Virus record (IMG/VR): IMGVR_UViG_3300012001_000009
Span: 7,989 to 71,988 of that record
Source of the DNA: a virus
DNA: 64,000 nucleotides
Direction: 5' to 3' (one strand)
The position numbers and the translations under genes were made by a program. Position 1 is the first letter of the stretch. Every line of letters begins with the position of its first letter. Positions 8,912 to 18,392 of the stretch are shown here, piece after piece. The notes beneath the pieces are model-generated. The model ran no database searches, had not been told where the DNA came from, and saw only the letters and a list, made by a program, of their open reading frames with translations.

Positions 8912-9503
8912 AATGGTTACACTTAAGGCCTTCGATGATAAGGTGTGTGTTGTTCACGAAGAAGAGTTGGTCCGAGGACTGCTAAAAGTGGCTGGAGAGA
9001 ACTTCGACCGTGAAGGTTTGTTAGAGACTCCAGCCCGCGTTATCAAAGCTTGGAAAGAATGGACCTCTGGCTATGCTGTTGATGTTCCAGGTCTTTTGAA
9101 AGTATTTGAGGACGGCGCAGATGGCTATGACGAAATGGTTATAGTTAAGGATATCCCCGTCTATAGCAAGTGCGAGCACCACCTTGCTGACATTTTCGGC
9201 ACCTGCACCATTGCGTATATCCCGAATGGGAAAATTGTTGGACTGTCGAAGTTATCGCGTGTTGTAGATGCTTTCGCAAGACGTTTGCAAGTCCAGGAAC
9301 GGCTTACGGGTCAGATTGCAGATGCGATTAACGATAACCTTAATCCGAAAGGTGTCGGTGTGATTATCAAAGCCCGGCACATGTGCATGGAATCTCGTGG
9401 CGTTCGACAACAAGGACACTATACGATAACAAGCGCCCTGCGCGGAGACATGCTTGATGATCCAGGTACCCGTGCAGAATTTATAATGTTGGCGAGGGAT
9501 TGA
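8898..9503 (+). CDS. folE: GTP cyclohydrolase I
   Basis: Motifs GLLETPARV, SKCEHH, GLSKLSR, RLQVQERLT and HMCMESRG; GTG start after aggagg. Confidence 0.95.
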   Translation: MRLIEMVTLKAFDDKVCVVHEEELVRGLLKVAGENFDREGLLETPARVIKAWKEWTSGYAVDVPGLLKVFEDGADGYDEMVIVKDIPVYSKCEHHLADIFGTCTIAYIPNGKIVGLSKLSRVVDAFARRLQVQERLTGQIADAINDNLNPKGVGVIIKARHMCMESRGVRQQGHYTITSALRGDMLDDPGTRAEFIMLARD

Positions 9504-9506
9504 GCC

Positions 9507-9911
9507 ATGAAATTTTACATTGCGGCAAGATTTAGCAAACGACCAGAGGCCCATGCATTGGCTAGAAATCTTATGGCACTGGGGCATGAGATAACATCCA
9601 GATGGGTACAACCAGATAGTGACCATGTAATTCCGACAGGGTTGTCTGAGCAGGCGGAGGATCATGAAAGGGTGCGGTTTGCACTCGAGGATTGCGCGGA
9701 TGTGGCTGATTGCGATTGCTGCATATCGCTAATGGAGGAGCCTCGCAATAACGGGCGTGGCGGCAGGCATGTAGAATTCGGCTATGCGATGGGATTGGGA
9801 AAAGTCCTAGTGGTTATTGGGCCAAAGGAAACTGTTTTCCATCATTTGCCTAGGGTTAGGCATTTTAAAAATACGTCAGAATTTATTGAATTTCTTATGG
9901 AGCGGGCTTGA
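9507..9911 (+). CDS. Nucleoside 2-deoxyribosyltransferase / dNMP N-glycosidase-like protein
   Basis: FYIAARF, EDCADVADCD and GRHVEFGYAMGLGK match the NDT/Rcl fold pattern, including the catalytic Glu. Confidence 0.75.
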   Translation: MKFYIAARFSKRPEAHALARNLMALGHEITSRWVQPDSDHVIPTGLSEQAEDHERVRFALEDCADVADCDCCISLMEEPRNNGRGGRHVEFGYAMGLGKVLVVIGPKETVFHHLPRVRHFKNTSEFIEFLMERA

Positions 9912-9912
9912 T

Positions 9913-10338
9913 ATGTCTGAAAATTTAAAATCGTTGGGTTCATCGACCAGGTACGTCTACGACAAACCTGATCCGAGTTTGCTGGAGAAGTTCCCCAGCC
10001 CTACATTCACCTTGGAAAAAAATCCAGTCGGCGCGGAACAGGTTATCGATATCGTTTGCCCTGAGTTCACGTCCCTATGCCCAAAGACAGGGCAACCTGA
10101 TTTTGCGACAATTCGCATTAAATACGCACCCGAGGAATGGTGTGTGGAATCCAAATCGCTAAAGCTGTATTTGGGTTCGTTCAGGATGCACGGCGAATTC
10201 CATGAGGCTTGCGTTAATCGAATGTGCAACGATCTTGTGGCACTCTTGAAGCCACGATACCTCGAGATTTGCGGCGAGTTCACACCTCGGGGCGGAATTC
10301 CATTTTGGCCAACGAGTGTGTACTATGCTGATATCTGA
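9913..10338 (+). CDS. queF: preQ0 reductase, single-domain type
   Basis: EFTSLCPKTGQPDFA (catalytic Cys and Asp), QueF motif ESKSLKLY, FHE and PRGGI. Confidence 0.92.
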   Translation: MSENLKSLGSSTRYVYDKPDPSLLEKFPSPTFTLEKNPVGAEQVIDIVCPEFTSLCPKTGQPDFATIRIKYAPEEWCVESKSLKLYLGSFRMHGEFHEACVNRMCNDLVALLKPRYLEICGEFTPRGGIPFWPTSVYYADI

Positions 10339-10519
10339 CTTGGAGCCAGGAATGGCGATTCAGTATAAGCAGGATGTCCGTGGCTGGATTGAGGTTCGCG
10401 TTCAAGAGATTGACTACGAAAGGCAAAACGTAAAGGTTAGAACGCCCGCCCAGTTAGGTATCTATCGGAGTAAAGTCATAACCGACTTAAACCGGCTTAA
10501 AGTAAAGCATAAGCCGTGA
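10325..10519 (+). CDS. Small hypothetical protein (SH3/KOW-like beta pattern)
   Basis: Overlaps the queF stop and the dpdA start. Confidence 0.55.
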   Translation: MLISDLEPGMAIQYKQDVRGWIEVRVQEIDYERQNVKVRTPAQLGIYRSKVITDLNRLKVKHKP

Positions 10520-11445
10520 ATTTATATTTTTCTGGATTCGGGGCTAGAGATCTTGATCTTGATCCCAGAATCCCTCGCGGGCATCGGTATCGGCTGCTAT
10601 CTTGCCATGAGGAATATATCGAAGTAGCTCGTAGATTCTCAAACGATCTAAAAGACGGTATGGAGGATCCTTATAGCTTAATGTTCGATTCTGGGGCTTT
10701 TACCGCATGGAATAAAGGCAGGGAGGTTGTATTAAAAGATTTGATTGAGGTTTATGATGAAATGATGAACCTTAGTTATGATCGCGCTAAAGACATATGG
10801 TTAATTTCACTCGATAAGATCCCCGGGTCCCCGGGTCGAACTGCTGGGCCAGAGGAGCTTATCGAGTGCTGTCGAATATCTGACGAGAATTTTACCATTC
10901 TATCGGAACGATACGGGGAGCGTGTTTTGCCCGTGTTCCATCAAAACGAACCGACCTCACGTTTGCGCGAAGTGGCAGACATGGCGCCGTATATCTGCGT
11001 ATCTCCTCGGAATGATCTACATGAAAGCCAGCGCGTTAGATGGTCTGCCGAAGTTCATAGCCTGATCCCTGGGAAGATGACACATGGCCTGGCGACAACG
11101 GGCTATGGAATGATGACCACAATACCTTGGGGTAGTGTCGATTCGGCGTCATGGGTCTTTTGCGCGACAAACGGCGGCATCATTAGGGACCATCGCCTTC
11201 GTGTTCTGCAAATGTCAGATCAATCAACCTCCCAGAAAGTAAAGGACCAGCACTTCAAAACTTTGCCGGCTATCATACAGGACAAGTTTAGGGAATTTGT
11301 GGAGGTTCGGGGGTTCACTGTAGAAGGGCTAATAACTGAGTTCAGAGAACGATTGGTCTGGAATCGCGTGATCCTTAGTGAACTGGCACAATCAATCTCT
11401 GATAAAATAGAGAATCCATTTTCTGTTGGGTTATTTGATCTTTGA
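10516..11445 (+). CDS. dpdA: DpdA-like DNA 7-deazaguanine transglycosylase (TGT fold)
   Basis: Motifs MFDSGAFTAW, LDKIPG, LPVFHQ, HGLA and SVDSASW; follows the que genes. Confidence 0.82.
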   Translation: MNLYFSGFGARDLDLDPRIPRGHRYRLLSCHEEYIEVARRFSNDLKDGMEDPYSLMFDSGAFTAWNKGREVVLKDLIEVYDEMMNLSYDRAKDIWLISLDKIPGSPGRTAGPEELIECCRISDENFTILSERYGERVLPVFHQNEPTSRLREVADMAPYICVSPRNDLHESQRVRWSAEVHSLIPGKMTHGLATTGYGMMTTIPWGSVDSASWVFCATNGGIIRDHRLRVLQMSDQSTSQKVKDQHFKTLPAIIQDKFREFVEVRGFTVEGLITEFRERLVWNRVILSELAQSISDKIENPFSVGLFDL

Positions 11446-11455
11446 GGAGGGCAGT

Positions 11456-11743
11456 ATGAAATACGTTGTTATGCAAATGCGTTTAAAAACCATGCTCGTA
11501 GAAATCCCGTTCGTATTTCCAGACCTGATTGTTCACTCTGAGTTTGTAAAATTTTCAGCGTCTAGGATACTTAAATACCAGTTCCCTGGAGCTATATCTA
11601 TCGAATGCATTTCGGCAGGTTTTGTAAATTCCATGGATTTGGAGGTTTGCTGTACAGGTGAATCTGAATCACTTAGGTTAAAAAGCAGACCAGAGGATTC
11701 CAATTTAATTAGAATGTGCGATTACGGGTCTATGAATGCTTAA
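11456..11743 (+). CDS. Hypothetical phage protein
   Basis: RBS gaggagg; 95 aa. Confidence 0.65.
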   Translation: MKYVVMQMRLKTMLVEIPFVFPDLIVHSEFVKFSASRILKYQFPGAISIECISAGFVNSMDLEVCCTGESESLRLKSRPEDSNLIRMCDYGSMNA

Positions 11744-12707
11744 AACACTAAACCTGGTCCGAGGGGCTGTATCCACCCAGACACTTATTCCTGCCATGAC
11801 GCATTTCTATATCAATGGCGAACAGATACAAAGTACAAATGGCAGAATAACAATTGATGCGTGGGGACCTGGCACTGGGATTCAGGCGTTGGTCCCGGCG
11901 GAACGTTTTTTAAAAGCCATAGGGGACGGGGAATCCAAATTAGTGTTTGTTCTCGATGGTGACAAACTGGTAATTAAAAAGGGACGCCTGCGCGTAACAA
12001 TCCACACGCTACCGCTAAAAGATTTTCCTATAGTTGCCGACTTTGATGGCGAGCCTGTAGCGTTCGATGAAGGTTTGATAAAAGCTCTGCGCCGACTCGT
12101 TCCCTTTATCTCCAACGATGCTTCGCGTCCGTGGTCCAATTCTGTCATGATACGCGATGGCTACGCCTACGCCACAAACAACGTACTGTTGGCGCGTGTT
12201 CCATTCGACACAGATCGGCAATTGATCCTACCAACCCACCTGATTACTGAAATACTAAGAATCGGGGAAACCCCTGTAGAAATACTCGTCACTGACGGCA
12301 CTGTAGCCCTCATATACGACACGTTCAGGATTCGCGCCCAACAAGTGATGGGAGAATGGCCTACGCAGCTTACAGCCCTCGTAGATCGCCTGCAAAGTGT
12401 ATGCTTAAGTGAAGTCCCCGCGGGATTGTTTGAAGCTGTCGAAGAACTGAAGCCCTTTTTCCCAGATCCCAAGATCCCTATTGTGGAGTTTGGGCCCGAA
12501 GGTGTATCTACCAAAGAAGGCATACACAGTGCGATGGTTGAACAGTGCGGATTGCCCTTATCTACGTATCGTTACGAATCGCTTATAACCATGTTATCTG
12601 TCGCTACACACGCCGATTTCACCTCGTATCCTGATCCCGTACCTTTTAGCGGAGAGGACGGCATAGAAGGGTTTATTTGCGGTCTGCGACAAACCACAAA
12701 TGTCTAA
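11736..12707 (+). CDS. DNA polymerase III beta-clamp-like protein
   Basis: 323 aa; ISNDASRPWSNSV and YATNNVLLA resemble DnaN; lies upstream of the polymerase. Confidence 0.75.
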   Translation: MLKTLNLVRGAVSTQTLIPAMTHFYINGEQIQSTNGRITIDAWGPGTGIQALVPAERFLKAIGDGESKLVFVLDGDKLVIKKGRLRVTIHTLPLKDFPIVADFDGEPVAFDEGLIKALRRLVPFISNDASRPWSNSVMIRDGYAYATNNVLLARVPFDTDRQLILPTHLITEILRIGETPVEILVTDGTVALIYDTFRIRAQQVMGEWPTQLTALVDRLQSVCLSEVPAGLFEAVEELKPFFPDPKIPIVEFGPEGVSTKEGIHSAMVEQCGLPLSTYRYESLITMLSVATHADFTSYPDPVPFSGEDGIEGFICGLRQTTNV

Positions 12708-13482
12708 TAGTGGCATTTATATAATTGAAAATCTTTCCAATGGAAAGAGGTATGTTGGTTCTGCGGTTAATTTAAACAGTAGGAAAAGCTGCCATTTTAC
12801 AAGCCTAGTCAAAAATAAACATGCCAACGTAAAACTTCAGAGCGCTTGGAATAAATACGGTGAATGTTGTTTTATTTTTTATGTAATTGAATATGTTGAC
12901 GACAAAACCAAATTGATTGAACGGGAACAGTATTGGATTGACGCCTTAAACGTTGTTGAGGACGGGTATAATATTAGCCCTAGTGCGGGTAGTTTGCTAG
13001 GGTTTAAGCATTCGGCTGAGTTTCGAGCCAGATGCAAAGTGCTTGGAAAAACACCAGCTAATTTAGAAAATTTAGCAAAACTGGCTTTGATGAATATTGA
13101 TAGACCTTGCGAAAAATCTACCCGTATTAAAATTTCATCTGCAAATAAAAATAAAGTTAGAACAACGGCGCAACGAAAAAACATTTCAACAGCATTGTTA
13201 GAATTACCAATAGAAGTAAAAAAGAAAAAGGTAAAAAAGTTTTTAGAAACAATGCAAAACAAAACACCTGAAGAAAAAGCTGAAATATCAAATAAACTAT
13301 CTAATAGAAGCAAAGGTGTCCCTAAGCCACCTAGAACAGCCGCACATTGTAAAAACATTTCTATATCTGCGTCGGCCGCACACGCTAGAATGTCTGAGGA
13401 GGCAAAAGCTGCAAAAGCAGCAAAAATAAGTGCCACTAAGCTTCGTAAAAATGCTGAAAAGCTTGGAATATCTAATGAGTAG
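12700..13482 (+). mobile_element. Free-standing GIY-YIG homing endonuclease with NUMOD3-like repeats
   Basis: Motifs SGIYIIEN...YVGSA, EREQYWID and GYNISP; visibly AT-rich; overlaps both neighbours. Confidence 0.88.
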
Positions 13483-15508
13483 GTACGATGACATTGGATT
13501 TTTTTGGGCCGATATAAAAGCTATTAAAGAATCTAAACCAGCACCTGTCAAGCGTGTGCCACCGGATCGTGTTTGGGAGCGTGAAGACTACCTCCCTGGT
13601 TTAGACAAAGCCCGCGCCTTCAAAATACCAGAATTTACTGATTTGGAATTACTAGCGGCTTGCAAGAACGAGGAGCCGCTAAGTTTCGATATCGAGATAT
13701 ATCGGAATTACTCGCTATTCATGTTCACTTCCCAAGTTAGCGGTAAGGTTGTCTATTTTGATATGGACGACGAACCTTGTGGGCTGGTTCTGGACAAGGA
13801 CAAGCTGTACTGGGTTTTGAAAAACTTTTGCATAGTAACTTTCAACGGTTGGAAATACGATATACCGGTAACCACACTCGCGTTGGCTGGTGCTGATTGC
13901 GACATTTTGAAAAATGTTAGCGACGAGATTATCCAGCAAAAGATTCCGGGCTATCATGTTCTGAAACGATTTAAGGTAGGTCAGCTAAAAGGGCTTAACC
14001 ATATCGACTTGATGGAAGTTGCGCCATCTGCATGTTCTCTGAAGCAGTACGCGGCCCGAATGGGTGCACCTCGATTGCAAGGGTTGCCATTCCACCCTCG
14101 AACTATTTTATCTGAAGATCAAAAATGCATTTTGCGTTGGTATTGCTGCATCGATCTTGAGGACACCACGCTTCTAACTGTACAGCTAAACAAACAGCTG
14201 GATTTGCGGGCGGTTCTTAGTGCCGAACAGAAAACGGACGTCCGATCGAAATCGGATCCACAGATTGCCGAGGTGGTAATCGGCAATGAGCTAAAGAAGC
14301 TTGGGTACAAGCGTATAAAAATTCCTGTAATCGATCCAGGTACTAAATATAAATTCAAAGTACCTGGCAGCATCAAATTTCAAACGCCGATTTTAAAAGA
14401 AATGCTGGAAGTTATACGTGGCGCAGATTTTTATGTGAACGACGGGGGCAAAATCAGTATGCCGAAAGTCATTAAAGAATTCAAGGTAGATATAGCAGGC
14501 ACGATGTACAAAATAGGCATCGGCGGTCTGCATAGCAAGGAAAAAGCCGCGGCGTATGTGGCCACCAAAGATTTAATGATTATCGACAGGGACGCAGATT
14601 CGTTTTATCCAAACATAAAAATTCTAACGAATCTATATCCCGCGCATATTGGTCCGGACTACATTCGTGTATATGCACCGATAATCAAACGCCGTATAAA
14701 AGCTAAAAAAGAAAAACGAAAGATTGAAGCTGATACATTGAAGATTACTGGCAATGGCGCTTTCGGTAAACATGGCAATGTATATTCAATTTTGTATGCA
14801 CCTATGAACGTAGTGCAGATTACCGTGTCTGGGCAATTGTTTCTGTTAATGCTTATCGAGCGATTCGAGTTGGCAGGATTCAAGGTAGTGTCAGCGAACA
14901 CTGACGGCGTGGCGTTTTTGTGTCCTACAGCGCGTTACGATGAGGCTAACGCCATCGTAACGCAATGGGAGCATGACACTGGGTTCACTACTGAGGAAAC
15001 GCGCTACAAGGCTCTATACAGCCGTGACGTTAATAATTATTTGGCGCTTAAGGATAAAGGTGGGTATAAAGGGAAAGGTGTTTTTGCCAATCCTTGGGAT
15101 GCTAATAACCCAGATCCAAACGAACTGCTGAAGCATAACCCGACAAATTTGGTATGCCTGGAAGCAGTTATTGCGTACTTGGACAAGCAAACGCCAATTG
15201 CAGAAACGATAGAAAAGTGTCAAGATACTACTAAATTCGTATCAGTGCGGGATGTGAAAGGCGGGGCGGTCAAAGATGGGGTGTATCTTGGTAAGGCTAT
15301 CCGTTGGTACTACGCGATCGGCGAAACAGGCGAAATTATTTATGCCAGCAATGGTCACAAAGTAGCCAGAACTGACAACGCTAAACCACTAATGGATCTA
15401 CCTGATAGATTGCCAGACGATATTGATTATGGTTGGTATATAGCTGAATCAGAAAATTTGCTGTCCCAGATAAATCCAGACAATTTGTTATATCAGGAGT
15501 CAGAATGA
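13475..15508 (+). CDS. Family B DNA polymerase with 3'-5' exonuclease
   Basis: ExoI FDIEIY, ExoII FNGWKYD; polymerase motifs DADSFYP, KITGNGAFGK and NTDG. Confidence 0.9.
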   Translation: MSRYDDIGFFWADIKAIKESKPAPVKRVPPDRVWEREDYLPGLDKARAFKIPEFTDLELLAACKNEEPLSFDIEIYRNYSLFMFTSQVSGKVVYFDMDDEPCGLVLDKDKLYWVLKNFCIVTFNGWKYDIPVTTLALAGADCDILKNVSDEIIQQKIPGYHVLKRFKVGQLKGLNHIDLMEVAPSACSLKQYAARMGAPRLQGLPFHPRTILSEDQKCILRWYCCIDLEDTTLLTVQLNKQLDLRAVLSAEQKTDVRSKSDPQIAEVVIGNELKKLGYKRIKIPVIDPGTKYKFKVPGSIKFQTPILKEMLEVIRGADFYVNDGGKISMPKVIKEFKVDIAGTMYKIGIGGLHSKEKAAAYVATKDLMIIDRDADSFYPNIKILTNLYPAHIGPDYIRVYAPIIKRRIKAKKEKRKIEADTLKITGNGAFGKHGNVYSILYAPMNVVQITVSGQLFLLMLIERFELAGFKVVSANTDGVAFLCPTARYDEANAIVTQWEHDTGFTTEETRYKALYSRDVNNYLALKDKGGYKGKGVFANPWDANNPDPNELLKHNPTNLVCLEAVIAYLDKQTPIAETIEKCQDTTKFVSVRDVKGGAVKDGVYLGKAIRWYYAIGETGEIIYASNGHKVARTDNAKPLMDLPDRLPDDIDYGWYIAESENLLSQINPDNLLYQESE

Positions 15509-15750
15509 AATTTTCATTTGAAATGGAATACGATTTAAGCGAAAAGGGCCAGCAGTTACTGGAGGAATTCATTAAAGAAAATCATGCCGAACAGGATGAA
15601 ATAACGGAAACCTGCATAGTTCCCATATATCTAAAAATAAAGCTTATCAAGTTGTCGGAGATATACATTCCATCAAGAATGTCAAAAGACGGGATAGAAA
15701 AAACGCTAAAAGTATCGGAGGATTTTTTTAAAACAGAGTGCAGGGTATGA
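15505..15750 (+). CDS. Hypothetical protein
   Basis: ATGA-coupled ORF after the polymerase. Confidence 0.55.
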   Translation: MKFSFEMEYDLSEKGQQLLEEFIKENHAEQDEITETCIVPIYLKIKLIKLSEIYIPSRMSKDGIEKTLKVSEDFFKTECRV

Positions 15751-16118
15751 AATCCAGAATTCTAGTTTGCGGGGGACGAGACTTCAAAAACCAGGTTTTG
15801 TTCGATGCAGTTATGGAATACATGCGCCAGTTCAGATCGACTTATTTTTGTATTATCCATGGGCATTGCAGAGGCGCAGATACGATGGCAAATGACTGGG
15901 CTATAGCTAAAGGTCAACCGGTGTTTGCTATGCCAGCTAACTGGGAAATTTATTCAGATAGTGCTGGGCGTATCAGAAACAAATGGCTATTGGATTTTGG
16001 GTTACCTGATTTGGTTATCGCTTTCCCTGGCGGACACGGTACTGCCAATATGATCGAACAGGCGATGGATAGGGACGTGGATGTGTATGACGTTTCGGAG
16101 CATCTGGATGAATTCTGA
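15747..16118 (+). CDS. SLOG-family (YspA/DUF2493-like) protein
   Basis: Motifs ILVCGGRDF, IIHG.CRGAD, AGRIRN and VIAFPGGHGTANM. Confidence 0.85.
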   Translation: MKSRILVCGGRDFKNQVLFDAVMEYMRQFRSTYFCIIHGHCRGADTMANDWAIAKGQPVFAMPANWEIYSDSAGRIRNKWLLDFGLPDLVIAFPGGHGTANMIEQAMDRDVDVYDVSEHLDEF

Positions 16119-16449
16119 AGAACAAATATCCAACTACCAGAAATACCGTGGAAAGTGTAAAGAGTTCTGCGAAGCAGCATTGGCGGAAGATCCAACACTA
16201 ACGCTAGTTAGAGGGCATTATTTTTGCATATGGGGGATGCAGCCACATTGGTGGCTTACTAAGCCAGACGGAACTATTGTAGATCCGACTGTTAAACAGT
16301 TCCCGCAAGGTGGCGGCGAATATATTCCATTTAACGGGATAGTCGAATGCTCAGACTGTGGTAAAGAATTGAAAGAAGATGAGGCTGATTTTGAAGGTAA
16401 TTACGCCTTTTGTTCAACTAGATGCCATATGCGTTTTGTGGGATTGTAA
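16108..16449 (+). CDS. Hypothetical protein with Cys/His motifs
   Basis: GKCKEFC, PHWW and C-terminal CSDC...FCSTRC. Confidence 0.65.
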   Translation: MNSEEQISNYQKYRGKCKEFCEAALAEDPTLTLVRGHYFCIWGMQPHWWLTKPDGTIVDPTVKQFPQGGGEYIPFNGIVECSDCGKELKEDEADFEGNYAFCSTRCHMRFVGL

Positions 16450-16450
16450 A

Positions 16451-16726
16451 GTGGATATAACCGAAATTTGCAGGAGGAATTTGAGGGGCCACGCTTATGT
16501 AAAGGCACGTGGCCTTGGCGCTATGACCTTACTTAAAGATAGGGTTTGCGATTGTTGGCGCTGTAGGGAGGTTGAACTTATGCCTTTAATTAACTTTGTT
16601 AATAATTGGAAAGAACAAAATGTACCCGACCCGAAAGATAGAACGCCAAGAAAATATCCAGCCCCCTATGATCGGGATGCCGGACCCTCGTTTGATTCAG
16701 CGAATGGCAGAGGCGCAGGAGGCTGA
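16451..16726 (+). CDS. Hypothetical protein
   Basis: GTG start right after the upstream stop; CDCWRC motif. Confidence 0.45.
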   Translation: MDITEICRRNLRGHAYVKARGLGAMTLLKDRVCDCWRCREVELMPLINFVNNWKEQNVPDPKDRTPRKYPAPYDRDAGPSFDSANGRGAGG

Positions 16727-16925
16727 TATATTGGCTGAAATTGAACGAAAAGAAAATGCAAAACTAGCCTTATTCATAAAACGGCTAGTCGGCGGTTTGC
16801 CTTTACGTCGTGCCTCCGATGACCGTTGTAAAAAACTGCTATTGGACAGCAGCACGGAGGAGGGACGATTGTTTTTGCGAGCCCTGTTGCACAAAGGTGC
16901 TCAGGCGTCAGGAGAACCTTTATAA
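16668..16925 (+). CDS. Hypothetical protein
   Basis: Last + strand ORF before the convergent late block; start uncertain. Confidence 0.4.
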   Translation: MIGMPDPRLIQRMAEAQEADILAEIERKENAKLALFIKRLVGGLPLRRASDDRCKKLLLDSSTEEGRLFLRALLHKGAQASGEPL

Positions 16926-17524
16926 TACAGATCCATTGAATGATCCCGTAAAGGTTCCAGATTGTCGTCAGCAGGCGCGGCGCTGATAGCGTACCAATCT
17001 TCAGTATGCACAAAATCAAGGAACGGCAATATAGTCAACGGGACCATTGGTACAGCATCGTTTCTGTTCCTGAAAGAGATATGCTTTACACCAGATTTTT
17101 CTAAAATCCTTCTAAGGTTTGGAAACCCTGGTTTTGGCGATCCGAACACGCAAACGATATCAAACGGAAGTTTGTTGTAAGCGAATAGGCCTGCTAAAAT
17201 TCTAGCTCTAGCGCCTCCAAGAGAATGCCCCGTTATAACCACATGCTCGCCTACGATTGTTCGGGCTTTCGCAAACACCTCGTCCATATCGTGCAAGAAG
17301 CCTGCGTGGCAGAATCCTAGCTGCGGATGCCATTGGGGAATCGCGGTAAAGTCATGCATCCAATCGTCAAGGTCCGCTGACCCCCTTAGAGCTATAACAT
17401 CGATCCCGCCAACGTTAGCATGTCCGAACACTACGCAGCCGACTTCGTAGGTGTTCACAAACATTCCAGCTGGAACAGGGTCATAGATCCCTCTGGCAAA
17501 TGCGCAAATTGCGTGTGGTGTCAT
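16901..17524 (-). CDS. Class 3 lipase (alpha/beta hydrolase)
   Basis: Motifs ALRGS, CHAGF, nucleophile elbow TGHSLGG, FGSPKPG, NDAVPMVP and DHSM. Confidence 0.88.
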   Translation of the reverse strand: MTPHAICAFARGIYDPVPAGMFVNTYEVGCVVFGHANVGGIDVIALRGSADLDDWMHDFTAIPQWHPQLGFCHAGFLHDMDEVFAKARTIVGEHVVITGHSLGGARARILAGLFAYNKLPFDIVCVFGSPKPGFPNLRRILEKSGVKHISFRNRNDAVPMVPLTILPFLDFVHTEDWYAISAAPADDNLEPLRDHSMDLYYKGSPDA

Positions 17525-17754
17525 GGCTTGATAATCTCGCTTTCAGGCTTGGGGGTATCGAGTTTAACTACCTGCGGGGCAGTATCTATCGACGTTTTAC
17601 CGTAATTGTTCAAGTGATAGGCTCCGAGACCCAATAGAGCAAGTTTTATAGCGGAGATTATATCCTCCGCTCCTTGCGTTTTATCGATAACAAAAAACAT
17701 CCATGCTGCGAACAGCACTAAGCCGATAAACAGTTTTATATATTCGTCTTTCAT
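17521..17754 (-). CDS. Holin-like membrane protein
   Basis: 77 aa with two hydrophobic segments, in the lysis cassette. Confidence 0.6.
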   Translation of the reverse strand: MKDEYIKLFIGLVLFAAWMFFVIDKTQGAEDIISAIKLALLGLGAYHLNNYGKTSIDTAPQVVKLDTPKPESEIIKP

Positions 17755-17858
17755 TTTTTTCTTTCGACAGGGTATGCTAAAAGTGATCCAATTAACACAA
17801 ACAAAATACCAACAAACATTAGCAGCCCTCCAATAAGCTGCCTAACAAACGTAATCAC
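17751..17858 (-). CDS. 35-aa single-TM peptide (not in ORF track)
   Basis: RBS aggag, GTG start, MITFVRQLIGGLLMFVGILFVLIGSLLAYPVERKK; ATGA overlap with the next gene. Confidence 0.6.
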   Translation of the reverse strand: MITFVRQLIGGLLMFVGILFVLIGSLLAYPVERKK

Positions 17859-17867
17859 CGCAGTCTC

Positions 17868-18392
17868 CTATACAATGATTTTTTGCGCTATCTCCCACAA
17901 GGCTATTCGCTGAGTCTCACCGTTAAGCCCACCGTTTATGCGTCGGGTAATCTTTTCAAAATTACCGATATCAGCTAACTCGTTCAGCCCGTGAGCCTTC
18001 CAAAACCACGCAGATACCCGGCAAGCGTTTTCCGGTTCCTCTATGAGTTCAGGGTGCTCCACGCAATCAATCCCTAAGGCCATCATCGCTGCTATGTAGT
18101 TAGCTAACCCAGTTAGTTCGATCAAGCCTCGGCCTTTGTACTTTACCCCATCGCCAGGGTGAACGTTGCCCAAGTCTGTTCGCCCTTCGTATGCCTCACC
18201 TGATGCGAGTTCTTTTACATATCGAAGCTGACCGCTTTCCCATCCAATCTGGGCTAGAAATACCTCTATTCTTTTCTCGTTATTTATTTCAAACTCTGCC
18301 ATGGCATCGTTCAAAGGTTTAACGAACAGCGAAATTCTATCCTTCGCAAAGGGCATTATCTTCAGTAGTTGGTCTGCGGTAACTGTTGTCAC
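17868..18392 (-). CDS. Endolysin, glycoside hydrolase family 19
   Basis: Motifs FLAQIGWESG, YEGRTDLGN, GDGVKYKGRGLI and TRRINGGLNG. Confidence 0.9.
   Translation of the reverse strand: MTTVTADQLLKIMPFAKDRISLFVKPLNDAMAEFEINNEKRIEVFLAQIGWESGQLRYVKELASGEAYEGRTDLGNVHPGDGVKYKGRGLIELTGLANYIAAMMALGIDCVEHPELIEEPENACRVSAWFWKAHGLNELADIGNFEKITRRINGGLNGETQRIALWEIAQKIIV

Noticed and set aside
9913-10338. QueF-like amidinotransferase (archaeosine route)
   Set aside because: It retains the ESKSLKLY QueF motif associated with the NADPH-dependent reductase. The actual product still needs chemical confirmation.
10516-11445. tRNA-guanine transglycosylase for host queuosine synthesis
   Set aside because: It lacks the C-terminal Zn-binding CxCxxC of bacterial Tgt and sits beside DNA replication genes, so DpdA fits better.
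12700-13482. Group I intron splitting the polymerase
   Set aside because: The ORF overlaps both neighbours, leaving no room for an intron core, and the polymerase motifs all lie in one downstream ORF.
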